Shown here: in pieces, positions 17,930-31,511 of the stretch
How positions within the stretch are numbered: the stretch's first letter is position 1
Layout: every line of letters begins with the position of its first letter
Source: Eubacteriales bacterium
GTDB lineage: Bacteria > Bacillota > Clostridia > Oscillospirales > CAG-382
Length of the DNA stretch: 64,000 nt
Assembly (NCBI GenBank): GCA_045544855.1
Contig: JAZPZV010000055.1
Location: forward strand, 19,189 to 83,188
Reading direction: 5' to 3'
The notes under the pieces: model-generated
The model's input: the letters and a program-made list of their open reading frames with translations, nothing else
The model's database searches: none
What the model was told of the DNA's origin: nothing
Translations under genes and position numbers: made by a program

Positions 17930-17958
17930 TTGACAAAAGGGCGAACTTGTGATAGTAT
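17930..17958 (+). promoter_or_regulatory. sigma-A type promoter upstream of rpoB
   Basis: TTGACA (17930-17935), 17-nt spacer, TAGTAT (17953-17958), with an A/T-rich tract upstream. This leaves a leader of about 200 nt. Confidence 0.45.
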
Positions 17959-18161
17959 AACATACTGCACTATAATCCATAAGTATGCAAAAATTAAGAT
18001 GGGTTCAAATCGGCAGACGGGGAAAACCCTTGCTATTGCTCATTTTACGGCAAAAAGTACCATGGGTTGTGGTTGCGTGAAACCTAAGCGGCTACATATA
18101 GAAATATATGGGCGAACAACTACGTAAATATTTCCAATTAGTGAAAAAAGAAATGGAGTGA

Positions 18162-21100
18162 ATGATCGGTATGGTACATGAACAGACTCTGGGTAAAACC
18201 AAGAGAATGTCTTTCTCCAAAATTGAGGAAGTCATTGAAATGCCGAACCTGATCGAGGTGCAGAAGAAGTCTTTCGACGACTTTGTGACCAAGGAGATCG
18301 GGCAGGTTTTGAAGGACATTTCCCCGATGACGGACTATTCCGGCAATCTGGTGATCGAGTTTATCGATTACACGCTGAGTGATCCTCCCAAGTACACCAT
18401 TGCGGAGTGCAAGGAGCGTGACCTCAACTATGCTTCTCCCTTCCGCGTGACGGTGAGATTGACCAACCGTTCCACCGGCGAGGTGAAGGAACAGGAGATC
18501 TACATGGGCGATTTCCCCATGATGACGGACTCCGGCACCTTCGTGATCAACGGTGCAGAGCGTGTGGTCGTGTCTCAGATCGTCCGTTCTCCCGGTATCT
18601 ATTACGAAATGACCGGGGACAAATCCGGCAACAAGCTGTTTACCGCAACGGTGATCCCTTACCGTGGCGCATGGCTGGAGTACGAGACCGATTCCTCCAA
18701 TATTTTCTACGTTCGTATCGACAAGAACCGTAAGATGCCCATTACGGTGCTTTTGCGCGCCTTCGGATGCGGCACCAACGAGCAGATCCTGCAGAAGTTC
18801 GGTGACGAGCCTTTGCTGAAGGCATCCTTCGAGAAGGATCCCATCCCCGCAGAGGTGGAGCGCTTGCTCCAGGCGGGCGTGATGACCGATTCCGTGGAGG
18901 AGGCTCTGAAGGAGATCTACAAGAAGCTCCGTCCCGGCGAACCCCCCATTCTGGAGTCCGCTCAGATCCTGATCAACAACCTGTTCTTCGACGAAAAGAG
19001 ATACGATATCTCCGCCGTGGGCAGATATAAATTTAATAAGAAGCTTGCCATCAGCCGCCGCTTGATCGGCCACGTGCTGGCAGAGGACGTGGTTTCCCCC
19101 GTTACCGGCGAGGTGATCTACGAGGCAGGCAGAAAGCTCAGCCGTGCCGAGGCTGAGAACGTTGAACGCGCAGGCGTTTGCGAGGCTACCATCTTCGTTG
19201 AGGAAGAGGAAGGCGTCAACACCCCCGTAAAGGTGTTCACCAACCGTATGGTATCCGCCTCCGGCGTGCTGTCCGCACTGGGCGTTTCCGTTACCGACGA
19301 GGAGCTGGGTCTGGACGAGACCGTTTCTCTGGATGCTCTGCTTCCCATCGTGAAGGAGACCAACATCCACGATATCGAGGCTCTGAAGAAGGAGATCGCA
19401 GGGAAGAAGAAGGCGTTGATCCCCGGCACCGTGACCGTGGAGGACGTTCTGGCTTCCGTGAACTACCTGCTGGGCCTGTCCCACGGGGTAGGCGTTACCG
19501 ACGATATCGACCATCTGGGCAACCGCCGTATCCGTGCGGTTGGCGAGCTTTTGCTGAACCAGCTTCGCATCGGCTTCTCCCGTATGGATAAGATCGTGAA
19601 GGAGAAGATGACCACTCAGGACATCGATACCATCACTCCCCAGTCTCTCATCAACATCCGTCCCATCGTTTCCGCCATCCGTGACTTCTTCGGTTCTTCC
19701 CCCTTGTCCCAGTTTATGGACCAGTCCAACCCCTTGGCGGAATTGACCCACAAGAGAAGAATCTCCGCATTGGGTCCCGGCGGTCTGTCCCGTGACAGAG
19801 CGTCCTTCGAGGTGCGTGACGTTCACTATACCCATTACGGCAGAATGTGCCCCATCGAGACCCCCGAAGGTCCCAACATCGGTCTGATCTCCTCTTTGGC
19901 TTGCTACGCAAAGGTGAACCGCTTCGGCTTTATCGAGGCTCCCTACCGCGTGGTAAAGAACGGCGTGGTCACCAAGGACGTGGTGTATATCTCCGCGGAC
20001 GTGGAGGACGAGTACGTGGTTGCTACTGCCAACGAGCCCATCGATGAAAACGGCCATTTCGTCAACCGTAAGATCGTGGGCAGACATCTGGACGAGATCG
20101 GCGAGTTTGAGGCAAGCCGTATCGACCTGATGGACGTTTCTCCCAAGATGGTGGTCTCCGTTGCCACCGCAATGATCCCCTTCCTTGAAAACGACGACAA
20201 CACCCGTGCGCTGATGGGCTCCAACATGCAGAAGCAGGCAGTGCCTCTGATGATCACCGACGCTCCCATCGTTGGTACGGGTATGGAATACCGCGCCGCT
20301 TACGACTCCGGCGTGCTTGTGATCTGTAAGAGAAGCGGTTACGTAGAATCCGTTTCCTCCGACGAGATCATCGTCCGCACCGACGAGGGCAAGAGCGATC
20401 TTTACACCCTGACCAAGTTCAAGAGAAGCAACGCAGGCACCTGTGTCAACCAGCGTCCCGTGGTCAGCAAGGGCGACTACGTGAAGCAGGGCGAGGTCCT
20501 TGCGGACGGTCCCGCTACCAAGGACGGCGAGGTGGCTCTGGGTAAGAACGCCCTCATCGGCTTCATGACCTGGGAAGGCTACAACTACGAGGACGCAGTT
20601 CTGCTGAACGAGCGTCTGGTTCGTGACGACGTTTATACCTCTATTCATATTGAAGAATACTACTGCGAATCCCGTGACACCAAGCTTGGCCCGGAGGAGA
20701 TCACCCGTCAGCTGCCCAACGTGGCGGACGAGGCTTTGCGCGACCTGGATCCCGACGGTATCATCCGCATCGGTTCCGAGGTACACTCCGGCGACATTCT
20801 GGTAGGTAAGGTCACCCCCAAGGGCGAGACCGAGCTGACTGCGGAGGAGAGACTGCTGCGCGCCATCTTCGGCGAAAAGGCAAGGGAAGTGCGCGACACC
20901 TCTCTGAAGCTGCCCCACGGCGAATCCGGTATCATTGTGGACGTTAAGGTCTTCTCCAGAGACGACTGCGACGTTCTGTCCCCCGGCGTGATCCAGTGCG
21001 TCCGCGTTTACGTGGCACAGAAGAGAAAGATCTCCGTGGGCGACAAGATGGCAGGCCGCCACGGTAACAAGGGCGTTATCTCCCGCATCCTGCCTCCCGA

Positions 21101-21944
21101 GGATATGCCCTTCCTCCCCGACGGTACTCCTCTGGATATCGTGCTGAACCCCCTGGGCGTACCTTCCCGTATGAACATCGGTCAGGTGCTTGAGGTTCAC
21201 TTGGGCATGGCCGCGCGTAAGATGGGCTGTAAGGTCATGACCCCCGTCTTCGACGGCGCAAACGAGAAAGATATTCAGGAATGGCTCAAGGAAGCCGGCT
21301 GCAGCGAAAACGGTAAGACGATCCTTTACGACGGCCGTACCGGTCAGCCCTTCGACAACCCCGTTACCGTGGGCGTTATGTACTTCCTGAAGCTCCACCA
21401 CCTGGTAGACGATAAGATCCACGCCCGTTCCACCGGTCCTTACTCTCTGGTGACCCAGCAGCCCTTGGGCGGTAAAGCCCAGTTCGGCGGCCAGCGTTTC
21501 GGTGAGATGGAGGTTTGGGCTCTGGAGGCTTACGGCGCGGCTTACACCCTGCAGGAGATCCTGACGGTGAAGTCCGACGACGTGAAGGGTCGTGTCAAGG
21601 CCTACGAGGCAATCGTAAAGGGTCTGAACATCCCCACTCCCGGCGTGCCCGCGTCCTTCAAGGTGCTGGTAAAGGAACTGCAATCTCTGGGTCTGGACGT
21701 CCGTGTCCGCGATAAGAACGGTGAGGAGATCCCCATGAAGGATTACACCGACGACGACGGTCCCGATGAAAAGAAATTCTCCGATGCAGAGCTTGGCGCA
21801 AGCGTTCTGGATTCCGAAGACGGTCTGGTCTACGAGGATGAGAACAGCGTACACGCAGGGCTCTCCGACGAGGAGATCGCCGAGGCGGATTCCGACGAGG
21901 AAGAATACGTCTACGACGAACACGAAAACGATTATATCGATTAA
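18162..21944 (+). CDS. rpoB: DNA-directed RNA polymerase subunit beta
   Basis: Conserved throughout (e.g. [24 protein letters not shown]). The start could also be the ATG at 18171. Confidence 0.95.
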   Translation: MIGMVHEQTLGKTKRMSFSKIEEVIEMPNLIEVQKKSFDDFVTKEIGQVLKDISPMTDYSGNLVIEFIDYTLSDPPKYTIAECKERDLNYASPFRVTVRLTNRSTGEVKEQEIYMGDFPMMTDSGTFVINGAERVVVSQIVRSPGIYYEMTGDKSGNKLFTATVIPYRGAWLEYETDSSNIFYVRIDKNRKMPITVLLRAFGCGTNEQILQKFGDEPLLKASFEKDPIPAEVERLLQAGVMTDSVEEALKEIYKKLRPGEPPILESAQILINNLFFDEKRYDISAVGRYKFNKKLAISRRLIGHVLAEDVVSPVTGEVIYEAGRKLSRAEAENVERAGVCEATIFVEEEEGVNTPVKVFTNRMVSASGVLSALGVSVTDEELGLDETVSLDALLPIVKETNIHDIEALKKEIAGKKKALIPGTVTVEDVLASVNYLLGLSHGVGVTDDIDHLGNRRIRAVGELLLNQLRIGFSRMDKIVKEKMTTQDIDTITPQSLINIRPIVSAIRDFFGSSPLSQFMDQSNPLAELTHKRRISALGPGGLSRDRASFEVRDVHYTHYGRMCPIETPEGPNIGLISSLACYAKVNRFGFIEAPYRVVKNGVVTKDVVYISADVEDEYVVATANEPIDENGHFVNRKIVGRHLDEIGEFEASRIDLMDVSPKMVVSVATAMIPFLENDDNTRALMGSNMQKQAVPLMITDAPIVGTGMEYRAAYDSGVLVICKRSGYVESVSSDEIIVRTDEGKSDLYTLTKFKRSNAGTCVNQRPVVSKGDYVKQGEVLADGPATKDGEVALGKNALIGFMTWEGYNYEDAVLLNERLVRDDVYTSIHIEEYYCESRDTKLGPEEITRQLPNVADEALRDLDPDGIIRIGSEVHSGDILVGKVTPKGETELTAEERLLRAIFGEKAREVRDTSLKLPHGESGIIVDVKVFSRDDCDVLSPGVIQCVRVYVAQKRKISVGDKMAGRHGNKGVISRILPPEDMPFLPDGTPLDIVLNPLGVPSRMNIGQVLEVHLGMAARKMGCKVMTPVFDGANEKDIQEWLKEAGCSENGKTILYDGRTGQPFDNPVTVGVMYFLKLHHLVDDKIHARSTGPYSLVTQQPLGGKAQFGGQRFGEMEVWALEAYGAAYTLQEILTVKSDDVKGRVKAYEAIVKGLNIPTPGVPASFKVLVKELQSLGLDVRVRDKNGEEIPMKDYTDDDGPDEKKFSDAELGASVLDSEDGLVYEDENSVHAGLSDEEIAEADSDEEEYVYDEHENDYID

Positions 21945-21962
21945 GGAAAGGAGTCGAACGCT

Positions 21963-25541
<3,579 letters not shown>

Positions 25542-25546
25542 TAACC

Positions 25547-25786
25547 ATGGACGACCGAATATGGGAGGCCGGCTGGAATCGGGCGAAAAAGCTGCTGAAG
25601 AAGAGGCAGGTCGAAAGACTTTTCCTTGCTTCGGATGCGGATGACGCCTTTGCTCGGACAGTTCTTGCCGAAGCAAAAGCCGCCGGGATCTCCCCCGATC
25701 AGACAAAAACAGGTGCTCAGCTTGCCGCTATGGCAGGCGTGGAGGTTTTCACCGCAGTGCTCACCGAAGCACGAAAAGACCAATAA
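25547..25786 (+). CDS. L7Ae/L30e-family ribosomal-associated protein (YbxF/RplGB-like)
   Basis: 79 aa. LFLASDADDAFARTVLAEAKAAGIS and GVEVFTAVL follow the L7Ae pattern. Its position between rpoC and rpsL matches Bacillus ybxF. Confidence 0.7.
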   Translation: MDDRIWEAGWNRAKKLLKKRQVERLFLASDADDAFARTVLAEAKAAGISPDQTKTGAQLAAMAGVEVFTAVLTEARKDQ

Positions 25787-25865
25787 AACCGGCAGGGGAG
25801 AGGCTTGGGAAGGCAGCTCCCCTGCGTATCACGCAAAAAAATGCGTCAAAAAACGGCATTAACTA

Positions 25866-25894
25866 TTGACAAACGGCAATAGTTTGTGTATAAT
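25866..25894 (+). promoter_or_regulatory. sigma-A type promoter of the rpsL-rpsG-fusA operon
   Basis: TTGACA (25866-25871), 17-nt spacer, TATAAT (25889-25894). Confidence 0.6.
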
Positions 25895-25928
25895 CAGTAA
25901 TTGCGAATTTTTGTGAAAGGAGAAGATT

Positions 25929-26348
25929 ATGCCTACATTTAACCAGCTGGTAAGAAAAGGCCGTCAGGACAAGGTTTGGAAGTCCAAGTCCCCTGCTCTG
26001 CAGAAGACTGTGAACTCTCTGAAGAACGTCCCCGTGGAGCAAGCCGCACCTCAGAAGAGAGGCGTTTGCACCAAGGTTGCTATCAAGACCCCTAAGAAGC
26101 CTAACTCTGCACAGAGAAAGATCGCCAGAGTAAGACTTTCCAACGGTATGGAAGTAACCGCCTACATCCCCGGTATGGGCCACAACCTGCAGGAGCACTC
26201 TGTGGTTCTGATCCGCGGCGGTAGAGTAAAGGACCTCCCCGGTGTACGTTACCACATCATCCGCGGTAGCTTGGACACCCAGGGCGTTGCCAAGAGAAAC
26301 CAGAGCCGTTCCAAGTACGGCGCAAAGAGACCCAAGGCAGGCAAGTAA
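25929..26348 (+). CDS. rpsL: 30S ribosomal protein S12
   Basis: [12 protein letters not shown]...KKPNSAQRK...[13 protein letters not shown]. Confidence 0.95.
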   Translation: MPTFNQLVRKGRQDKVWKSKSPALQKTVNSLKNVPVEQAAPQKRGVCTKVAIKTPKKPNSAQRKIARVRLSNGMEVTAYIPGMGHNLQEHSVVLIRGGRVKDLPGVRYHIIRGSLDTQGVAKRNQSRSKYGAKRPKAGK

Positions 26349-26514
26349 TCTGCCAAAAACTCCGAAAAATGCTTACACAGTGCGGCAAAAAAAGTTGTCA
26401 CTTTTATATATAAAGGATGCTTTCTTTTGTGCCTGACGGAAAGAAATTTTTCGAGTACCTATGAACTCATCGAAAGCATGGAAAATGCTATCACTAATGA
26501 AGGAGGGAAGTAAA

Positions 26515-26985
26515 GTGCCCAGAAGAGAACATGGATTCAAAAGAGAAGTGCTGCCGGATCCCGTCTACGGTTCCCAGCTTGTCACCAAGCTCATCAACGG
26601 TGTCATGGAGGACGGTAAGAAGGGCGTAGCACAGAAGATCGTTTACGAAGCTTTCGAGAAGGTTGCAGAGAAGTCCGGCCAGGACGCTCTGGAGATGTTC
26701 AAGAAGGCTCTCGGAAACATCATGCCTCAGTTGGAAGTCAAGGCAGTACGCCGCGGCGGCTCCAACTATCAGGTTCCTATGGAAGTTCGTCCCGAGAGAC
26801 GTCAGACTCTCGGCCTGCGTTGGTTGGTAAACTACGCAAGACTGAGAAGCGAAAGAACCATGGCAGATCGTCTGTATGGCGAGATCATGGATGCTTGCAA
26901 CGGTACCGGCGGTGCTGTTAAGAAGAAGGAAGACACTCTCAAGATGGCAGAAGCAAACAAGGCATTCGCTCACTATCGTTGGTAA
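26515..26985 (+). CDS. rpsG: 30S ribosomal protein S7
   Basis: GTG start at 26515 preceded by AGGAGGG. The protein starts (V)[17 protein letters not shown], and the listed N-terminal extension is unlikely. Confidence 0.9.
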   Translation: MPRREHGFKREVLPDPVYGSQLVTKLINGVMEDGKKGVAQKIVYEAFEKVAEKSGQDALEMFKKALGNIMPQLEVKAVRRGGSNYQVPMEVRPERRQTLGLRWLVNYARLRSERTMADRLYGEIMDACNGTGGAVKKKEDTLKMAEANKAFAHYRW

Positions 26986-27072
26986 GAAGGCTTTGCCTCT
27001 ACGCTTCGAGAGAGAATTGCAACAGGTTTGTTGAAAACTGCTTTGAACTTTTAAAGGAAAGGAAACAAGATC

Positions 27073-29154
27073 ATGCCGAGAAAAACTCCGCTTGAAAAAA
27101 CGAGAAATATCGGTATCATGGCTCATATTGACGCCGGCAAGACGACCACCACCGAGCGTATCCTGTATTACACCGGTAAGACGCACAAGATTGGTGAGAC
27201 TCACGAAGGCTCGGCTACGATGGACTGGATGGAACAGGAACAGGAGCGCGGTATTACCATTACCTCCGCTGCTACCACCTGCTTCTGGAAGGAAAACCGT
27301 ATCAATATCATCGATACCCCCGGTCACGTGGACTTTACCGTTGAGGTAGAGCGTTCTCTGCGTGTGTTGGACGGTTCCGTTACCGTTCTCTGCGCAAAGG
27401 GCGGCGTTGAGCCCCAGTCCGAGACCGTATGGCGTCAGGCTGACAAGTACCGCGTACCCCGTATGTGCTACGTCAACAAGATGGATATCATGGGTGCGAA
27501 TTTCTATCGCGTCATCGATATGCTTCACGACCGCCTGAAGGCCCCCGCAACTCCCATTCAGCTCCCCATCGGTAAGGAGAGCACCTTTAAGGGAATCATC
27601 GACCTGGTCACCATGCGTGCCGAGATCTACCTCAACGAGGACGGCACTCTGTTCGAGGAACAGGACATTCCCGCAGATATGATGGAGCTGGCACAGGAAT
27701 ACCACACCGCACTCATTGAGGCTTGCGCTGAGGTAGACGATGTGATCGGCGAAAAGTTCCTCATGGAAGAGGAGCCCACCATCGAGGAGATCAAGAACGC
27801 TATCCGCGTGGCAACCATCGACAACCGTATGGTTCCCGTGTGCTGCGGTTCCTCCTATAAGAACAAGGGCGTTCAGATGCTGTTGGACGCGATCGTGGAT
27901 TATATGCCTTCTCCCCTGGACGTTCCCGCTATCAAGGGTATCAACCCCGATACCGGTGACGAAGAGGAAAGACCTTCCGACGATAACGCACCCTTCGCCG
28001 CTCTGGCGTTCAAGATCATGACCGACCCCTTCGTAGGCAGACTGTGCTTCATCCGCGTCTATTCCGGTAAGATCACTTCCGGTAGCCAGGTGTACAACTC
28101 CACGAAGGATAAGAACGAGCGCTTCTCCCGTATCATGCTGATGCACGCTAACCACCGCGAGGAGGTTGACGAGATCATGGCGGGCGAGATCGCAGGCGTT
28201 ATCGGTATCAAGGATACCACCACGGGTAACACCCTGTGCGACCCCAAGGCTCCCATTATTCTGGAGTCCATGGAGTTCCCGGAACCCGTTATCCGCGTAG
28301 CCATCGAGCCCAAGACCAAAGCAGGTCAGGAAAAGATGGGTATCGCACTGTCCAAGCTTGCAGAGGAAGACCCCACCTTCAAGGCTTACACCGACGAAGA
28401 GACCGGTCAGACCATCATCGCAGGTATGGGCGAATTGCACCTGGAAGTTATCGTAGACAGATTGCTCCGCGAATTTAAGGTGGAAGCAAACGTCGGTAAG
28501 CCCCAGGTATCTTACCGTGAGACCATCACCAAGCTGGCGGACGAGGATTGCAAGTATGCACGTCAGTCCGGCGGTAAGGGTCAGTACGGTCACGTTAAGA
28601 TCAAGATCGAACCCAACGAACCCGGCAAGGGCTTCGAGTTCATCAACGCCATCGTCGGCGGTACCGTTCCCAAGGAATACATTCCTGCGGTTGAAGACGG
28701 TATCAAGGGCGCAATGCTCTCCGGTGTATTGGCAGGCTACAACGTCGTTGACGTTAAGGTTACCCTGTACGACGGTTCTTACCACGAAGTCGACTCTTCC
28801 GAAATGGCATTTAAGATCGCCGGCTCTATGGCGTTCAAGAATGCAATGCGCAAGGCAGGCCCCGTGCTGACCGAGCCCTTCATGAAGGTCGTAGTGGTCG
28901 TTCCGGACGACTACATGGGTGCCGTTATCGGCGACTTCTCTTCCCGCCGTGGTAACATCAAGGAGATGGAGCCTCTCACCGGCGGCGGACAGCAGGTTAC
29001 CGCGTTCGTTCCTCTGGCAAACATGTTCGGTTACGCAACCGACCTGCGTTCCCAGACCCAGGGCCGCGGCAGCTACGTGATGGAGCCCTCTCACTACGAG
29101 CAGGTTCCCAAGTCCGTGCAGGAAGCTTTGGTTGCTGAACGCGCCAAGAAGTAA
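27073..29154 (+). CDS. fusA: elongation factor G
   Basis: [22 protein letters not shown]-motifs; 693 aa. Confidence 0.95.
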   Translation: MPRKTPLEKTRNIGIMAHIDAGKTTTTERILYYTGKTHKIGETHEGSATMDWMEQEQERGITITSAATTCFWKENRINIIDTPGHVDFTVEVERSLRVLDGSVTVLCAKGGVEPQSETVWRQADKYRVPRMCYVNKMDIMGANFYRVIDMLHDRLKAPATPIQLPIGKESTFKGIIDLVTMRAEIYLNEDGTLFEEQDIPADMMELAQEYHTALIEACAEVDDVIGEKFLMEEEPTIEEIKNAIRVATIDNRMVPVCCGSSYKNKGVQMLLDAIVDYMPSPLDVPAIKGINPDTGDEEERPSDDNAPFAALAFKIMTDPFVGRLCFIRVYSGKITSGSQVYNSTKDKNERFSRIMLMHANHREEVDEIMAGEIAGVIGIKDTTTGNTLCDPKAPIILESMEFPEPVIRVAIEPKTKAGQEKMGIALSKLAEEDPTFKAYTDEETGQTIIAGMGELHLEVIVDRLLREFKVEANVGKPQVSYRETITKLADEDCKYARQSGGKGQYGHVKIKIEPNEPGKGFEFINAIVGGTVPKEYIPAVEDGIKGAMLSGVLAGYNVVDVKVTLYDGSYHEVDSSEMAFKIAGSMAFKNAMRKAGPVLTEPFMKVVVVVPDDYMGAVIGDFSSRRGNIKEMEPLTGGGQQVTAFVPLANMFGYATDLRSQTQGRGSYVMEPSHYEQVPKSVQEALVAERAKK

Positions 29155-29223
29155 GAAAAGGGCGCAGCTTTCCCTTCCGGCACAAATCAGGACGGGTTCT
29201 GACGATATTTTATCAAAATCCTC

Positions 29224-29251
29224 TTGACAGAACGGAAAAAAACTGTATAAT
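29224..29251 (+). promoter_or_regulatory. possible internal promoter for tuf
   Basis: TTGACA (29224-29229), 16-nt spacer, TATAAT (29246-29251). Confidence 0.45.
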
Positions 29252-29298
29252 AAAATTTAAGAAAAAAAGTTATCTATATTTTTAGGAGGAATTTCACA

Positions 29299-30501
29299 AT
29301 GGCAAAGGCTAAGTTTGAGAAAACTAAACCCCACGTTAACATTGGTACCATCGGCCACGTTGACCATGGTAAGACCACTCTGACCGCTGCAATCACCAAG
29401 ACTCTGTCCCTGTCTGACTCTACCATCGAGTTCCAGGCATACGACCAGATCGACAACGCTCCCGAAGAGAGAGCAAGAGGTATCACGATCAACACCAGAC
29501 ACGTAGAGTATCAGACCGCAGCTCGTCACTACGCACACGTTGACTGCCCCGGCCACGCTGACTACGTTAAGAACATGATCACCGGTGCTGCTCAGATGGA
29601 CGGCGCTATCCTGGTAGTTGCTTCTACCGACGGCCCCATGCAGCAGACCCGTGAGCACATCCTGCTTGCTCGTCAGGTAGGCGTGCCCGCAATCGTTGTA
29701 TTCATGAACAAGACCGACCTGGTTGACGACCCCGAGCTGCTTGAGATCGTTGAGATGGAAATCCGCGATCTGCTCTCCGAGTACGACTTCCCCGGTGACG
29801 ACATTCCGATCGTCCAGGGCTCCGCTCGTGAGGCTCTGCTCTGCGAGGACAAGGATCCTTCCAACCCCGCATACAAGGCTATCCAGGAACTGATGGCTGC
29901 AGTTGACGAATATATCCCCACTCCTCCCCGTGATGATGCTATGCCCTTCCTGATGCCCGTTGAGGACGTCTTCTCCATCTCCGGTCGTGGTACCGTTGCT
30001 ACCGGCCGTGTAGAGCGTGGCGTGATCAAGATGAACGAGGAAGTTGAGATCGTTGGTATCTCCGAGACCCGCAAGACCGTTTGCACCGGTATCGAGATGT
30101 TCCGTAAGCTGCTGGACTACGCTGAAGCAGGCGACAACATCGGCTGTCTGCTCCGTGGTATCCAGAAGAGAGATATCGAAAGAGGGCAGGTTCTCTGCAA
30201 GCCTGGCTCCGTAAAGCCCCACACCAAGTTCGTTGGTCAGGTTTACGTTCTGTCCGAGAAGGAAGGCGGCCGTCATAAGCCCTTCTTCTCCAACTACAGA
30301 CCCCAGTTCTACTTCAGAACCACCGACGTTACCGGCGTTATCACCCTTCCCGAAGGCGTTGATATGTGTAAGCCCGGCGACAACGTTGCTATGAACGTTG
30401 AGCTGATCACCCCCATCGCTATGGAGCAGAACCTGCGTTTTGCTATCCGTGAGGGTGGCCGTACCGTTGGTTCCGGCGTCGTTACCGAGATCATCGAGTA
30501 A
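29299..30501 (+). CDS. tuf: elongation factor Tu
   Basis: [21 protein letters not shown] motifs; 400 aa. Confidence 0.97.
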   Translation: MAKAKFEKTKPHVNIGTIGHVDHGKTTLTAAITKTLSLSDSTIEFQAYDQIDNAPEERARGITINTRHVEYQTAARHYAHVDCPGHADYVKNMITGAAQMDGAILVVASTDGPMQQTREHILLARQVGVPAIVVFMNKTDLVDDPELLEIVEMEIRDLLSEYDFPGDDIPIVQGSAREALLCEDKDPSNPAYKAIQELMAAVDEYIPTPPRDDAMPFLMPVEDVFSISGRGTVATGRVERGVIKMNEEVEIVGISETRKTVCTGIEMFRKLLDYAEAGDNIGCLLRGIQKRDIERGQVLCKPGSVKPHTKFVGQVYVLSEKEGGRHKPFFSNYRPQFYFRTTDVTGVITLPEGVDMCKPGDNVAMNVELITPIAMEQNLRFAIREGGRTVGSGVVTEIIE

Positions 30502-30524
30502 TCAGCCGTTACAACTGAATTTGG

Positions 30525-30642
30525 ATCGTTTCGGGGTTGGGTGTAATTCCCTATCGGCAGTAAAAGTCTGCGAGCCACTTTGATTTGGCAGGAACGGGTG
30601 TGATTCCCGTACCGACGGTATAGTCCGGATGAAAGAAACGTA
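30525..30642 (+). promoter_or_regulatory. FMN riboswitch (RFN element) aptamer
   Basis: TTCGGGGTTGGGTGTAATTCCCTATCGGCAGT...GCGAGCC...GGGTGTGATTCCCGTACCGACGGTATAGTCCGGATGAAAGAAACG matches the RFN consensus blocks. P1 pairs CGTTTC (30527-30532) with GAAACG (30635-30640). A riboflavin transporter gene lies downstream. Confidence 0.88.
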
Positions 30643-30657
30643 TTGCTTTTTCAAACA

Positions 30658-30693
30658 AGCGCCCCGTATTTTTACGGGGCGCTTTTGTTTTTT
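30658..30693 (+). terminator. expression-platform terminator of the FMN riboswitch
   Basis: AGCGCCCCGTA TTTT TACGGGGCGCT followed by TTTGTTTTTT. Confidence 0.8.
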
Positions 30694-30709
30694 CCGAACG
30701 TAGGGCTTT

Positions 30710-30874
30710 AAGGGGCGCTGCCCCTTATGAACCCCGCCAAGGGGGATGATCCCCCTTGGATCCCTGCACATTGCGAGGAAAAACATAAAAATATTCATCC
30801 GAAAACGATAGTTTTCGGCATTGGATTTTCTTTGGAGATTCTTAAGAACCTTTCTTTCAAGAAAGGTTCTTAAG
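30710..30874. repeat. four short palindromes inside the ribU leader
   Basis: The palindromes are 30710-30726 (AAGGGGC.GCCCCTT), 30737-30759 (CCAAGGGGGA.TCCCCCTTGG), 30799-30818 (CCGAAAACGATAGTTTTCGG) and 30841-30874 (CTTAAGAACCTTTCT TTCA AGAAAGGTTCTTAAG). Confidence 0.75.
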
Positions 30875-30905
30875 TGTCCCCAACTATTAAGATGGAGCAT
30901 TTCCT

Positions 30906-31508
30906 ATGAAAACACGTAAAACCTTCTCTCCCCGCACCATTGCGGTAACGGCCATGCTGGGGGCCACCTCGGCGGTGCTGATGCTGTTGTCCTTCCCCAT
31001 GCCGTTTTTGATCCCGGGGTTCATCAAAATGGACTTTTCCGAACTGCCCGCCCTGATCGCATCCTTCGCCTTGGGGCCTTGGTGGGGCGTGCTGGTTTGC
31101 TTCATCAAAAACCTGATCAACGTCACCATGACCACCACGGGGGGCGTGGGCGAACTGGCGAATTTCCTGCTGGGTGCGGCCTTCGTCCTGCCTGCGGGGT
31201 ATCTCTACCGCTTCAAAAAGAACCGCGTGGGCGCTTTGCTGGGCAGCGTGGCGGGGGCGGCGGCTTCTGCGGCGCTGAGCTTCCCCATCAATTTCTTTAT
31301 CACTTACCCCTTCTACGCCGTGGCCATGATCCCCATGGAGACCATCATCGGGATGTACAGCGCATTGCTCCCCTCGGTGGACACCCTGGAGGAATGTCTG
31401 CTGATCTTCAACCTGCCCTTTACCTTGTTGAAGGGTGTGATCGTAACGGGGCTGACCTTCTTGGTGTATAAGCCCCTGTCCGTGCTGATCAAAGGAAAAG
31501 GAGACTGA
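30906..31508 (+). CDS. ribU: riboflavin transporter, ECF S-component RibU
   Basis: 200-aa multi-TM protein similar to RibU/YpaA, directly downstream of the FMN riboswitch. Confidence 0.85.
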   Translation: MKTRKTFSPRTIAVTAMLGATSAVLMLLSFPMPFLIPGFIKMDFSELPALIASFALGPWWGVLVCFIKNLINVTMTTTGGVGELANFLLGAAFVLPAGYLYRFKKNRVGALLGSVAGAAASAALSFPINFFITYPFYAVAMIPMETIIGMYSALLPSVDTLEECLLIFNLPFTLLKGVIVTGLTFLVYKPLSVLIKGKGD

Positions 31509-31511
31509 AAA

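Noticed and set aside
25787-25860. The hairpin CAGGGGAG...CTCCCCTG after the L7Ae-like gene, considered as a terminator.
   Set aside because: No U-tract follows it, only an A-rich stretch. It may be a processing or pause structure, but the evidence is insufficient to call a terminator.
26494-30276. Minus-strand ORFs of 866 aa (26494-29094) and 339 aa (29257-30276) opposite rpsG-fusA and tuf.
   Set aside because: They are the same codon-aligned antisense shadow effect, and the sense genes are certain.
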